Source: Heteronotia binoei (lineage: Eukaryota). Taken from it: DNA of 64,000 nucleotides. The stretch covers positions 38,688,001 to 38,752,000 of the forward strand of contig NC_083237.1 of NCBI RefSeq assembly GCF_032191835.1. Direction: 5' to 3'. A program made the position numbers and the translations under genes. Numbering within the stretch: position 1 is the first letter of the stretch; each line of letters starts with the position of its first letter. Shown piece after piece: positions 1-12,179 of the stretch. The notes below the pieces were generated by a model, which searched no databases, was not told the DNA's origin, and saw only the letters and a list, made by a program, of their open reading frames with translations.

Positions 1-227
1 CAATCCAAGGACACTGGCTAGCTATCGCCTGAGAAAGTATCTAGGAGTGATGTGTGAATGTTCCCTCCTGTAAACCCCCCCCCCCAGTAGGAATGTTTTT
101 GAAACCCATGTATCAATGTATTGGTTTCATTCTTAGCAAGCTAGAGGCTTGTGCCATGAGTACTGGTTATCAATAAATGTAGTCTTAGTATCAACTTTGA
201 CTCATTCTTGAATCCGTCGACTTGACA
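1..227 (+). mobile_element. 3' part of a Ty3/gypsy (sushi-group) LTR, cut by the window start
   Basis: Ends in CTTGACA at 221-227 with AATAAA upstream. The U5 (caataaatgtagtcttagtatcaactttgactc...cttgaca) closely resembles the LTR ends at 37740-37807 and 35231-35290 (minus). No PBS follows. Confidence 0.8.
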
Positions 228-609
228 TCCACAGTACATATTGCCTGAAATGGAAGCTTTATGTAACAGTTTCCAATTAGTCAGCAGTATCACAGCCGAG
301 CTTCTGTTAAAACTCAGGACTCAGAGATCTTCTTGCCCTAGCTCTGGCCTCCCTTTGCCTAATCTCTAAGTTTTGTCAGAGCTTCTTTCTGACACAATCC
401 AGATGAGGTGATGAGCTGGGAGGTGTCTCTGCCTCATCAGCTGAAGTGCTGGCTGGTGGCCATAAATCAGTTATGCAATGAGAGGGCCCGCTCTCAGCTC
501 TGCTGATTCTGGTAACCCTGTCGGCTCTTCCTGGACAGGCCTTTCAGCAGAGCTGACATGTGTCACCAGACTTTTGAGAATCTGTTTATAAGTCAAAGCT
601 AGCATGTAC

Positions 610-1045
610 TATATCATGATGCATGAAAAGATCCATCACTCCAACTACATACTTGATGGAAAATTCAAGAAGATTCCCTTAGAACAAAGGCTATGTTTCT
701 GGGGATCTAATGAGATTGAATCAGTTGAGCATATCCTATTACACTGTAATATGTGCATGGATCTGTGTGAAGTTTATTGCCCCTTCACTTCAATCTTACC
801 CCGGACATTCAGATAACAAAATCACAGAAAGTCTTCTGAAAGGGACTAACTCTCAAACAACTATTAACTGTGCAAAATTCTTCACAGCTTCTTATAGAAT
901 ATGCCAGAGATCACAGCAACAAGTTGTTTTGTTTTATTTTAGGGCAAAATAGAATTTTTATCTAGTTTTATATTATCTCTCTTGATTGATACCTCTTTGT
1001 TTTATTCTGATCTATGATCGTAATAAATATATTGATTGATTGAAC
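610..1045 (+). mobile_element. 3' fragment of a non-LTR retrotransposon (RTE-X-like, tentative)
   Basis: Translates to GKFKKIPLEQRLC..SNEIESVEHILLHC, a C-terminal Cys/His motif like GRYHQIPRQERLCPC...EHIIVEC at ~36420-36510. Ends with AATAAA and a (TTGA)n tail. Confidence 0.5.
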
Positions 1046-1602
1046 TAAAACCAATATCTGAGTAGTGCAGAGCAGATTGCTGTTTTTGTAGGCCCCATTG
1101 TGCTTTCTGTCTATTCCAAGCAGTGCCCCCATCTTTCCCTGTGATGCTTTCCTGCAGAAGAAATGACTTTACATTGATATATTTCTTACCATCCCTATTC
1201 ATTTTCTTTTGATGTGAAGCTTTATTTTAATTAGTTTGGAACAGGTTTTATTAAAAGGACACAAATTGCTTTTTTAAACCATTTTACAATGTAAAAGAGG
1301 TGGCTTTGTTCTATAAGAGATATAAAACTGAATCAACTTGGTTTGCTTTTGCATACTATTTTGTTTCAATATTTGAAAAACTATGCTCATCAAATTCAGT
1401 TGGAATTGCATTGGATCTTAATAAATGGAAATCAAATCATCAAGCTGAAACAGATATTGTGAGTGGTTGCTTCCCTGTGGCAAATTAGCCTCATCTCAAA
1501 TGTAATGTAAGCACATTTACTGTGTGGGTCAGGCTTGTGTGGGCCTTTGTGGCTCTGCCCCATATTCTGTGCTTGGAGGGAGGGGGGAGGGAGAGAGGTG
1601 TG

Positions 1603-1676
1603 GGGATATATATATAGACTGTTCAATAAGTAAAATATGGGATATATATAAAGACTGTTCAATAAGTAAAATATGG
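1603..1676. repeat. Two-copy tandem duplication, ~36-bp unit
   Basis: gggatatata(ta)...gactgttcaataagtaaaatatgg occurs twice, head to tail. Confidence 0.85.
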
Positions 1677-1823
1677 CAAGAGTGTTATTGTTTTGAGCAC
1701 TTTTGTATTATAAGTTAAAGAATAATATTAATTGGGTTTACCTGTGTCCTTAATAAAGTTTACATCTCTGATACCTGGCATTGCATTTGATGACACACAT
1801 GGCCTGGCCTGGCAATGTCTCAT

Positions 1824-2145
1824 TTATGTCAGATCTGTCTTAACAAACCAGTTTAACACCTCTGCCTTAAGAATGGGAGTAACCACAGTGTACATCACAG
1901 CAATCATTTTGTCACTCCCTGAGGTATTGCTAGATTTGAGTCTCAAGTATGTGAACAGGGCTGTCCCATAGAATAATGTGACCAGCATGGTGTGAGGAAC
2001 AAGTAGAGGCTTTCTTCCTCCCTTCTGCTGAGGGAAACTTAAGGATAATATAGCCAATTGAGATATAAGAAAGGATTATCAACACTAATGGTCCCATGAT
2101 GGAAAGCACTGAAACAGCCAGTACCACAACCTCATTTTTAAAGGT
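1824..2145 (-). pseudogene. OR pseudogene fragment (TM5-TM7), paralog of the OR at 2782-3723
   Basis: Frameshifted translation (KNEVVVLAVSVLSIMGP...KKASTCSSH / VTLFYGTALFTYLRLKSS...MYTVVTPIL) aligns to the C-terminal third of the neighbouring OR. The NPIIYTLRN segment is deleted and there is no N-terminal part. Confidence 0.85.
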
Positions 2146-2781
2146 GAGGGGCACAGGTCTACAGCTCACCTGTTAGGTTTAAATGGCTGCCAGCATAGCA
2201 GATCCGCCCATCAGTTCTTAGATTTAAATGGCTGCAAATAATTAAACTTCTCTGTTTCAGTCCCCAGCTTTGAAGTGGGGGGAAGCAAAGGATGAGTTAA
2301 ATGACTGCCAGCCATTTAATCCTTTCTGGGTGACCAGCTGTGGTTTGCTGTGGCGAGGAGAAAGGGGGATCCAAACTGGCTGGTTTGAGCTTTTTTTTTT
2401 TTTTTTGCTTGGTTCAGGGTTTGGTTTAGGAACCTCCTCAAATCCTGAGCTGAACAAGAATTTTTGTGCTTATGTCTATCCCTATTTAGAACCACACATA
2501 TATCCTTACCATCTCAACTGCTTTTTGTGAAAGTCTCTTTAGTGAGGATATGCGTTTTATCAACAAATGATACTAAATATTTTCCCCAGTCCAGTTACAC
2601 TTGTGTTCATTGACATTTTTCTTTCAACACCTTAGAATCAAACTGTCTTTCTGCAACAACTCAGCTGTAAGCAAGAGCTTTAATAGCATGGCCATGGACT
2701 CCTAAACCTCAATTATAGTTGTGGTGTTCAGTCCTTGACTGGTACTCTCTCAATTTTTTCAGAAGTTCAATTTGTCCAGAA

Positions 2782-3723
2782 CTATGCTAATAACGTCTTT
2801 ATAAGTGTCTTTCTAAAAGCTGCCATGACTTCCTTATTCCGTAATGTATATATTATGGGATTTAGAACTGGAGTAACCACAGTGTACATCAAAGCAATCA
2901 TTTTGTCACTTCCCATAGTATGGCTGGACTTGGGCCTCAAGTATGTGAAAATGGCTGTCCCGTAGAATAATGTGACCACCATCAGGTGTGAGGAACAAGT
3001 GGAGAAAGCCTTCCTCCTTCCTGCTGCAGAAGGAAGCTTAAGGATAGTATAAATAATTTGGATATAGGAAAGGATTATTAGCATGAATGGACCCATGATG
3101 AAAAGTACCGATATTGCTAAAAGTACATTTTCATTTTTAGAAGTGTCAGTGCATGCCATTTTCATCAGAGGTGGGATATCACAGAAAAAGTGTTGGATAA
3201 GGTTAGAACCACAAAATGGTAAGCTAAAGATCCATGCTGTCTGAGCTACTTCCACTGAGATGCCAGTGACCCATGATGCTACTGCTAACTGAGAACAGAC
3301 TTGGTGGTTCATGATGACTGTATAACGCAGTGGATGGCATATGGCTACATAGCGGTCATATGCCATGGCTGCTAGCAGGCAGCATTCTGTCAGTCCCAGG
3401 ATAGTGAATACATACATTTGGGCAGCACAGCCACTCTTGGAAATGGTTTTTTGCTCTGTTAATAAATGGATCAGCATCTGTGGGACCACACTGGTAGTGT
3501 AGCAAATTTCCAAGAATGATAGGTTCACCAAGAAGAAGTACATAGGTGTTTGAAGGGAAGGATTGCATTTGATCAGCAGGATAATGAGCATGTTCCCTAT
3601 TATGGTGACCAGGTATGTCATCAGGAACAGCAAAAACAGCAAGATTTGTAACTCAGCCAGGTGTGAAAATCCCACTAAGATAAACTCATTGAGATTGGTT
3701 TCATTCTCTCCAGTTTCTTCCAT
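2782..3723 (-). CDS. Olfactory receptor, class II (OR10-like), 313 aa
   Basis: Intact ORF from MEETGENET with an N-glycosylation site and the LQTPMYFFL, MAYDRYVAIC, KAFSTCSSH and PVLNPIIYTLRN motifs. The start is placed at the Met before the N-x-T site, not at the ORF-track start 4077. Confidence 0.93.
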   Translation of the reverse strand: MEETGENETNLNEFILVGFSHLAELQILLFLLFLMTYLVTIIGNMLIILLIKCNPSLQTPMYFFLVNLSFLEICYTTSVVPQMLIHLLTEQKTISKSGCAAQMYVFTILGLTECCLLAAMAYDRYVAICHPLRYTVIMNHQVCSQLAVASWVTGISVEVAQTAWIFSLPFCGSNLIQHFFCDIPPLMKMACTDTSKNENVLLAISVLFIMGPFMLIILSYIQIIYTILKLPSAAGRRKAFSTCSSHLMVVTLFYGTAIFTYLRPKSSHTMGSDKMIALMYTVVTPVLNPIIYTLRNKEVMAAFRKTLIKTLLA

Positions 3724-3887
3724 AGAATGAGTAGCCTGTATGAATAGGAAAAAAGATATATATTGAAAATGAATTAACCATGCAGCCCTAAGGAGAGCTA
3801 CATCCTTTGACTTCAATGGGCTTTGAAGTGTGTAATTCTGTTTATGATTGTGCTGTAAAGCTGTGATAAGTACAAGAAAGATACAGA

Positions 3888-3952
3888 CAGTCTTCCACTC
3901 CACATTCTTCACAAAAAAACAGCCTTCCACTCCACATTCTTCACAAAAAAAA
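3888..3952. repeat. Two-copy tandem duplication, ~32-bp unit
   Basis: cag(t/c)cttccactccacattcttcacaaaaaaa is repeated twice, upstream of the OR start. Confidence 0.85.
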
Positions 3953-4049
3953 CACATTTTGTACAATTTCCATATTAGTATTAACAAAGGAATATGATCC
4001 ATTATTTCTGTCTGTGCTGCCCTTCTCCTTAGTGAGGACCCAAAGAAGC

Positions 4050-4212
4050 TTATATCATTATCCAATTTCATCTTCACAACAACCTGGAGAGATAGATCTG
4101 CCTAACAGTATATGACAGGCCCAAAATCAACCAGCAGCCTTCTATGGCAGAGTGTTGATTCAAACGTCGGTCTCCTTGACTTGGGCCCAACATTTCTAGC
4201 CATTATACCACA
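4050..4212 (-). mobile_element. Degenerate tRNA/core-type SINE relic
   Basis: The ...tcttcacaacaacc...ggcagagtg..ttcaaac...tctcc...ccattatacca pattern is shared with relics at ~10990-11130 and ~31550-31690. Confidence 0.45.
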
Positions 4213-7198
4213 TGGGTTCTTTTAGCTCAGGGGAATTATTAAGCCACCTGGTTTTGTAACAGAGGGGATATTTTCCACCCTCTTTTACCGTGCTGCTTGC
4301 CATTTTGTGGCTTCTTGTGAGTAATCTTTTTATCCAATACAAATACCAGAGTGATATTTGCGAGCTAATACATACCAGGATGCTTTGAGACTCTTCATTT
4401 TTGTCATTACTATGGCAATGATCATCTTGAAGCAGATGGCCACTGTTGATGTACTAAGGAATTATTCCTGCCACAGATGAACAAACAGACAGACTGATGG
4501 ATGGACTGACAGATACCACTTTTTATTATTATAGATGATGAATTAGAAATGAACAGTTTATAGAACTTTCAATAGTTGACTGAATTTTACAAGAAGTTTG
4601 TGAACTGAACATCTCTGACAGAAGTTCACTTAGTAAACTGTGGCTGGAATCACACAGACTAAATAATGTCCCTTCGATCCACTTTCACAATGTACTTTCC
4701 AACTCGGTTTTGCCAGTTCATACAGTACAATCCAGTCAGAAAGTGTATTAGAAGTGGATTGAAAGGGCATTATTTAGAGTGTGCTCACAGCCTGTGATTC
4801 AATCAGTACAGTGACCGAATCACAAGCCCAGCATAGATATTGGGTTGAAAAGCTGGTTGAATCCAACCAGCTTTTCTGCTGTTAGGAAAGAAAGACAGGG
4901 TCCCCTTTGACTAACAAACACAAGCTATGCTGCTGGCCATTGGATAGGCATGGGCAAAAATTATATGGTGACCATAACAAAGATAGTCTGAGTAAGTAAA
5001 AAAGCTGGCTGGATATCACCTATGTCACCCATGTCATACAATTATAGAATTTAGTGCAAATCAAATACAATCATCTCAACTTTGTTCTCAGTCAAAAAAA
5101 AAAGTTGGAATCCTTTTGATTTAAAGGCAAAAGACAAACCTGCAAAAAAAACAACAACCGTACTTTGCAGAATGCTTCCTTCTTGTTCCAAAACAGTTCA
5201 CCAATGTATAATGAAGGGGGGGGTTGTTTTTATATCACCCTTTGATGCAACTTAGTAATTAAGGGAAGCTCATGAGAGTATCATAGTAATTAGTTCACTG
5301 GGGGGTTCAAATAAAAGCTAAATATGTATGCCGTAATCTTGTGGATGAAAAATGAGGGGGGGGGGTTCTTGTCTAACATGACTCACACTCAAGAGACAAA
5401 GGATTGCATCCAGTCAGACATTCAGTTGGTAAGGGAGGAAAAGGGGAGGTTCCTTTGACTAACTCCAAAACTGCTGAGAATCATGTAGCCTACACTGATA
5501 AAAGTCATGTGGAATGGGGGCTGTAGCACACAGAGGAATGGTGTGAGATTATCACTTTACCACCATGGTGTGATATTACCACCAACAGATGACTGACTCC
5601 ATACTGGGAACATGCTTAAGTGATAGGAAGGATAGTTTAACTGTGTGATAAATGCATCTGTCCAATTCAAAGTAGATTGGGTTAAATGAGTCATGGTTTT
5701 TGAATTCTGTCTCTTTGTTGATATCACAGTCAGGACACAAAATGTTTCAAGAGAAATATGAATTAAGAAGCAGAGTTGCCAGACTTTTCATGTAGGAGGT
5801 TGCCATTACAGAGAATGACTTAATAGCGAAACCACAATGAGAAGTGATTAAACTCTTAACAGTAGTAAGGCTTTAGATGCAGAGTGAAGTTTTCATTTTA
5901 TTTATTGCATTTCTATTCTACTGGGGGGGGGGGGTTCATACATTTTAAAAACACAACATATAATTTCACAATCATTACAACTAACTGAACATCATTTAGA
6001 AAACATCTTGTCAAACTCCCAGAACACAAACATAAGGACATAAATTCTGTTCTCCACCTTTCAATAAAAGGCCCTACTTAACAATATGGCCTCACATACA
6101 GTCTCCTAAAGGCCAGTAATGAGGAGGCCCTTTGTCATCTAATATATCTAATACTCAACATGAATCATCTGTGCACACTTAAATCTAGAGATCAGATCTA
6201 TGAACAAATAAGACAGATCTTTCTGCAAACCTGAGCCCCCATGTTTCCTGGGAAAAAATCTTAAAATATACATATATGCATGCATTCATATATAGGCAGG
6301 TTATAACACCCCAAAACAATAGAAGCAGAAACTGTACCTTTAAGAAATGGATGCCCCTTGACATATCACAGTAGCCTTTGTAAGGGATGCTAGACAAACG
6401 ACAGTAACATTAAAAGCTTTCGAATCTAGGTTTCTGTCAGTAACATGGTGGGGAGGGCTATTTTAGCACCCCAGTCTAATACCCTGTCCTCCCACCTGCC
6501 CTGGAGACAAAATTCATCAGGACATGGACTAGCAGCAACCATCAGGCAATTAGCTATGATGTAGTTTGTGCAACTCACTCAGGTGAGGCAGCAGTTATAC
6601 TCTGATGCTGCACAACTTTCCTGGACCCAGCAGCAGGCTCCACACAACTTGCATGACTTGACCAGGCCTGGCACTGGCCACCAACACAATTTCACTTCAA
6701 CTACTTGCCACCTCATGACTTTTGCAACTTGGTTAGATACTCCCAGGGAGAGACTGTTGGGGGAGAGAGGCCAGAAATGTTGAGAGGTGGTACGGTGTAG
6801 TAATTAGAATGCCAGTCTAGAGACCCAATTCTATCATGGAAGCTTGCTGGGTGACAGTGGTCAAACACTGTAATTTTCAGAGCAGCTGGAAGATAAAATG
6901 TAAGAAAAAAGAATGATGTAAAACTTTCATATCCCTGTTGGTATGAAAGCCATATAACTGAAGTAAATAAATAATAAAGATGAAGACTGGGAGGGACAGT
7001 TAAAGGTTTGTTTGTTCCTGAGATGGAGAAAAGAAAGCAAGGAAGGGTAAGGACAGGAGGGCTAGAGAAAAAAGAAATAGTGTGAAGAGGGAAAAAATAA
7101 ATGCCCACTCCAAATCCATGCAGATTTTTGCTTGTCATTACATAATGTTGGTGCAGTGACAGAAAAAAAGATTATGAAAATGCTATCCAGATTTTACA

Positions 7199-7490
7199 AT
7201 CCTGTTGGCGCAGAGTGATAAAGCAGCAGTACTGCAGTACTGTGGTCTGAACTCTCTGCTCATGACCTGAGTTTGATTCCAGCGGAAGCTGGATTTAGGT
7301 AGCCAGCCCAAGGCTGACTCAGCCTTCCATCCTTCCGAGGTCGGTAAAATGAGTACCCAGCTTGCTGGGGGGAAAGTGTAAAAAACTGGGGAAGGCAATA
7401 GCAAACCACCCTGTAAAAAGTCTGCCGTGAAAGCAACGTCACCCCAGAGTCGGAAACGACTGGTGCTTGCACAGGGGACCTTTCCTTTCC
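7199..7490 (+). mobile_element. Sauria SINE
   Basis: tRNA-like head (tggcgcagagtg...gagtttgattcc), the core aaggctgactcagccttccatccttccgaggtcggtaaaatgagtaccc, and an RTE/Bov-B-like tail ending in (ctttc)n. Confidence 0.85.
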
Positions 7491-8212
7491 TGGTGGAGAC
7501 TAGTATTTGGAATCGGTGAGAAAAATGGGCTGGCACCAAAGTTCATACAGAGGAAGAATATGAATGAAATGACAAATTAGAAGAAGGTGTGCATGTTATT
7601 CCTAAGACAGGTGACAGTGAATACGGAAGTACCAGAGTCTGCAGACACCTGTTGCAGGATAGCACCTAGGAAGGAGAAACATGCTAGTTTACCAATTTCA
7701 ATGAACAATCCACTCTCCTTTCAAAATCAGTGTTCTTCCTATATTTTTCTAAATTCTCATCAGAGGCTAGGCACCCTGATGTAATTCCTGTGCTGAACAT
7801 CTAGAATCTCTAATTCACCCTTTCAGGAGGCTGCCAGAATTCAACCTGTTTTTTGCCCCATTCTCATCCATTTCCATGGCTTTTGGCCACAGAGATCTGA
7901 TAACCCCCAGCATAGCCTATCTGGGCAACTGAAAAGAACCCCTCTTTCCTTTTCCATCAGCAAAAATGCTAGCTGGATGTTTCCTATGAGTAAATTTACC
8001 ATCCTACATTAAAACAAATCAATGATACTGGTAAAATTGGCACCATTGAAACCACTCTGAGCATTTATTCTTATTAAATATTAAATGCAGATAAGATAAA
8101 TCTCTCATTTATCTCTTCTCAATGATAACATGATAGCTAAAATCCTTGAAATGTTTCTTGAGCACTTATGGTTTTGAACTCCTCAACCGCAAATTGAGGG
8201 TGTCAATTAAAC

Positions 8213-9184
8213 TCAGTTGTTGTGGCAAAGCCTCCTTTCCAAAACAGAATGTTCTCTGATCATCAAACTCCTCATTGCCAATTTCACTTCCTTATTCCGC
8301 AGGCTGTATATAAGAGGGTTGAGTGTTGGTGTTAAAATATTGTACAGAACCCCAACAAGCTGGTCTCTTTCAAGCGAGTAGCTGGATGTAGGACGGAAAT
8401 AAGTGAAGATGCCAGAACCATAGAACAAAATCACAACTGTCAGGTGGGATATGCAAGTTGAAACAGCTTTGTGACTCTGCTGTTTCTGCCGACTGTTCAA
8501 AATAGCATGAAGGATGAAAGCATAGGAGACTAGAGTGAAGAAAAAAGGGCTAAGCCCTACAAAGACACCCACTGTGAGAAGAGCTGCTTCATTGACTGAT
8601 GTGTCTGAACATGAGATACTCAGCAGTGGAGGGATGTCACAGAAAAAATGGCTAATTCCATTAGATTGGCAGTACGACAGACGGAATGTGAGTGTTGTAT
8701 GGAGAGAAGCGTTGAGGATGCCACAAATCCAGGATGTGGCAGCAATCTGGAGGCAAGTCCATTTACTCATGAGTCTGGTATAGCTTAATGGGCAACATAT
8801 AGCAAAATAACGATCCAAAGCCATAGAGGCCAGTAGAAATCCCTCAGTGCCCACTAAAGTTACAAGGAAGTACATCTGTGCAGCACATCCCATGAAAGAA
8901 ATGCTTGGAGATTCAACCCAAGTATCTGCTAACATTTTTGGTACAGTCACAGAGATGTAACAGACATCTAGGAAAGAGAGGTTGCCAAGAAAGAAATACA
9001 TAGGAGTGTGGAGTGTCTGATTTAAGAGAATCACAACAGTTATGAGTGAATTTCCTAATAAGCAGATAGTATACATGATAAGAAAGAGAACAAAAAGGAA
9101 GCTTTTTCCTTGCTTGACTTTGACAAATCCCAATAACATGAATTCCTTGATGGATGTTTGATTCTCAGAGCAGGACAGGTTCAT
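8213..9184 (-). CDS. Olfactory receptor, class II (OR5V/OR12-like), 323 aa
   Basis: Intact ORF from MNLSCSENQTS with LHTPMYFFL, MALDRYFAIC, KAVSTCISH and PTLNPLIYSLRN. A polypyrimidine tract and AG acceptor lie just upstream of the ATG. Confidence 0.92.
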   Translation of the reverse strand: MNLSCSENQTSIKEFMLLGFVKVKQGKSFLFVLFLIMYTICLLGNSLITVVILLNQTLHTPMYFFLGNLSFLDVCYISVTVPKMLADTWVESPSISFMGCAAQMYFLVTLVGTEGFLLASMALDRYFAICCPLSYTRLMSKWTCLQIAATSWICGILNASLHTTLTFRLSYCQSNGISHFFCDIPPLLSISCSDTSVNEAALLTVGVFVGLSPFFFTLVSYAFILHAILNSRQKQQSHKAVSTCISHLTVVILFYGSGIFTYFRPTSSYSLERDQLVGVLYNILTPTLNPLIYSLRNKEVKLAMRSLMIREHSVLERRLCHNN

Positions 9185-12179
9185 GATTTCTAATCTAAAT
9201 CTTAGAAATACAAAAAAAAAGTAAGCATGTGGCATAAGTGCTGCTGCAAATTTTAGAATATCGCATTTAGATATAAGGAAATGATACAAGCTTCATCACA
9301 CTCACAGAGATCCCTTGAATATCAATTCTTGGAATACCTTTGTATGTCAACTGTTATTTATTGCAACAGGAAACTGTTACATGTGCTGGCATTAGGAGAG
9401 TATGTCATGGTGGTTTAGAAAGATTTCCTGCTCTCTCTCTCCCTCTCGCTCGCTCACACACACCTTTATTATGAACTAGCCACCTTGCAAATGTTCCCCC
9501 AAACATTTTTAGTACCTAGAGAGTGACTTTCTGATTCTCTCCATTTTTGAATAAACTTGTTTCCTCTCTTCCCCATTTATATGTCTCTGGAAGTCTGCGG
9601 CTTTACAACCATTAAGAAGGCACTGATGGTGAAGAGATGGAAGTGAACCTAGAAGTTCATGGTTCAATTTTTTCAACCACCATGAAGATGACGGGTGGTC
9701 TTAAATTGCCTGAATCTATCTAGATTTTCCCACCTTCAAAGGAATACCAATCAACCTTTGATGTTTGTTGAAAGGATTTCTGACAATGCCTGTGAAATGC
9801 CATCAGTACTCAAAACATTATAGCGTGGATCATCTCAGTGTTCCCCCCCCCCTCCAACTGGCACAAGAGAGGAGGGATAATCTCATGAAAATTACCTTCC
9901 TTGCTGCCTCATTCTCTTTCCCATGAAAATGAAATGAAATTTCTAACACAATCTTTTGAGGGCTCAAAAGCTACTCAGCTTCCCTTCTGAATCAGCAGAA
10001 AAGCTAGTGGAATTCAACCACACATGCATGCAGAGATAGAAAGAGTGTTCAACACAAATATAATGATATTCTATTCGTCTATTTATTATGCAATCTGTTG
10101 TTCCTTGGTAGAAAGTCAGCAAAGGCTAGACATATAACTCCATGTGAGTGTTATATTCTAGTAAGGTCCATTCAGTTTAATACCACTAAGATTAAAAAAT
10201 GTACATGCTCATCCTATATATATATATTGTTCTGAAAATGTTCTCATACCTTTGTAATTCAATATCCAGTGGGCAACATTGTGCAATTGCAGTTGTCCAG
10301 GAAATGTGATGTAAATCTTACATTCCTGCCATTATTCATTCTCTGCTTCATACTGTTCTGTTGTTTGTTTTCTGGCAGCCCACTATCAATACCTGGAGAC
10401 TTTTTTAACTATTAAAAATAAATATTTCGGCATTTCACCTGATCTGCATGCCCCCAAATTGCCTTGTTCACAGGTCCAGGTTCACAGAAAGTTAGTTGAC
10501 AGGCCATTTCAAAAATCCATCCATAGTACCAATTAAGCCAAACCATTGCGTAGAAATCTGAAAATGTATAGGAGATTGGACTTTGGATCAAGTTCAGACC
10601 TGGAAGTTTTTAAAGCCTTTCTTCCCTGATCTACTACTGCATCATGTGGTTCTATAGGTGCCCATTACTGTCTCCTACCTTTGTAGTCTAGTTAGCCTAT
10701 CTAAGTGCTGCCTATTAACTCCACATATGTAGTCATTTTACTAGCTGAGAATTCCTTGTACTGGAGGAACATGTTTTTAGCTTAGTGGAGTGAAAAGATA
10801 CAACTTGTGGCTATTTGTGTCAGAAAGAGGAATGAAAACAGGATAAACTACACATTTTAAATCAGCACTACCATTTGGAGAACATTTAAAAGAAATGGTA
10901 ATAGAATATTTTAAATAGAGGGGAAAGTATTTATTTATTTCATTGATACCCTGCCTTTTCTTCAATAGGGACCCAAAACAGTTTACATTTATTGACCTCT
11001 CTTCCATGTTTATTCTCACAACAACTCTCAGAGTCAGACTGAGATTGGGTGACTGCTCACCCAGTGATCTTTTTTGGCAGAGTGGGTGTCAGACCTCGGT
11101 CTCCCAGAGCTTAGTATGACACCCTACAACTAAACTGTGTTAGCTGTCATCAATAAAGCCCTAAATTACATTTTCTCCTAATACAGAGATGATTAAAAAC
11201 ACTGATGTATCTTGTGCCACTATAGACATTGCCATTTTCTATATAAAGATCCACATATTAGTAGACACGACACTACTGTAATAGTCCAACGTGGATGTTG
11301 CTGTCTAGGCAGAATCTAGCTCACCAAATAAACATACAAAAACTGAATCTTGGAATAACAAAATCAATTCATTTCAAATGCAACATTATTTAGATGTACA
11401 GAAACCAATATATCAGACTGAGCACCTTTGATTTAATGGCAACCAATCAACACACCATCTTATACAGTATCTCCCTTGACTGCATACTTTTTGGTCCAAA
11501 GCTGGGCATGAGAGTGCAAGAAGCAAGAGAATCTCCTTTTATATATGCTGGTGTATGATGTAATTTAATTCTTTGGAGAAGCTGTTGGGTATATCCCATT
11601 AATGAATCCAGGGGTATAAAATAATAGCACAATATAGTAAAATGCATGATAAAATAAAGCTTTCTCTAAACATGCCAGAAATTATTGATTATATTAGAGT
11701 ACCCTCAACCTGAATCTAAGCCATATGAAAAGGAGCTTCCAAAGCCAACAGTAACTCATCCATTTGGCAGATTTGGGAGGGGGCACTCATTATTAAATAG
11801 TTGTGTTGACTTTATTAATATAATTATTATCTAATTGCAGATTGTATTATTTTGCCCTTACTACAGTCTGACTACTCTCACTACCTATTGTCATTGTTAA
11901 CATATCAAGTGCAATACTTATGCTTTGTTTTCAGATTTCTGTAATTCTAGTTACATATAACAGATGTCTTGTTCTATTGATTGCATTGATTTATATTATG
12001 CAATCCACATTGATTCTCAAAGAGTAAGTCAGATTATAATTAATAAAATTAAATAAAATGAATACCAACCCATAAGTAGTGGCATTCAAGGCTCTCATAT
12101 CACACAGGGGTCTTGACACTGCATAAGTCTTGTCTTAAATTTTGTCTTTATTTTTAGTTGTTTATATTGTAATTTTAAT

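Noticed and set aside
3724-4077. 118-aa N-terminal extension of the first OR in the ORF track
   Set aside because: It runs through a tandem duplication and a SINE relic. The OR-typical start with an N-glycosylation site is the ATG at 3723, and the upstream DNA is likely intron or UTR.
9185-9289. N-terminal extension of the second OR (358-aa call)
   Set aside because: It crosses a polypyrimidine tract and AG acceptor, so it is probably intronic. The start was placed at 9184.
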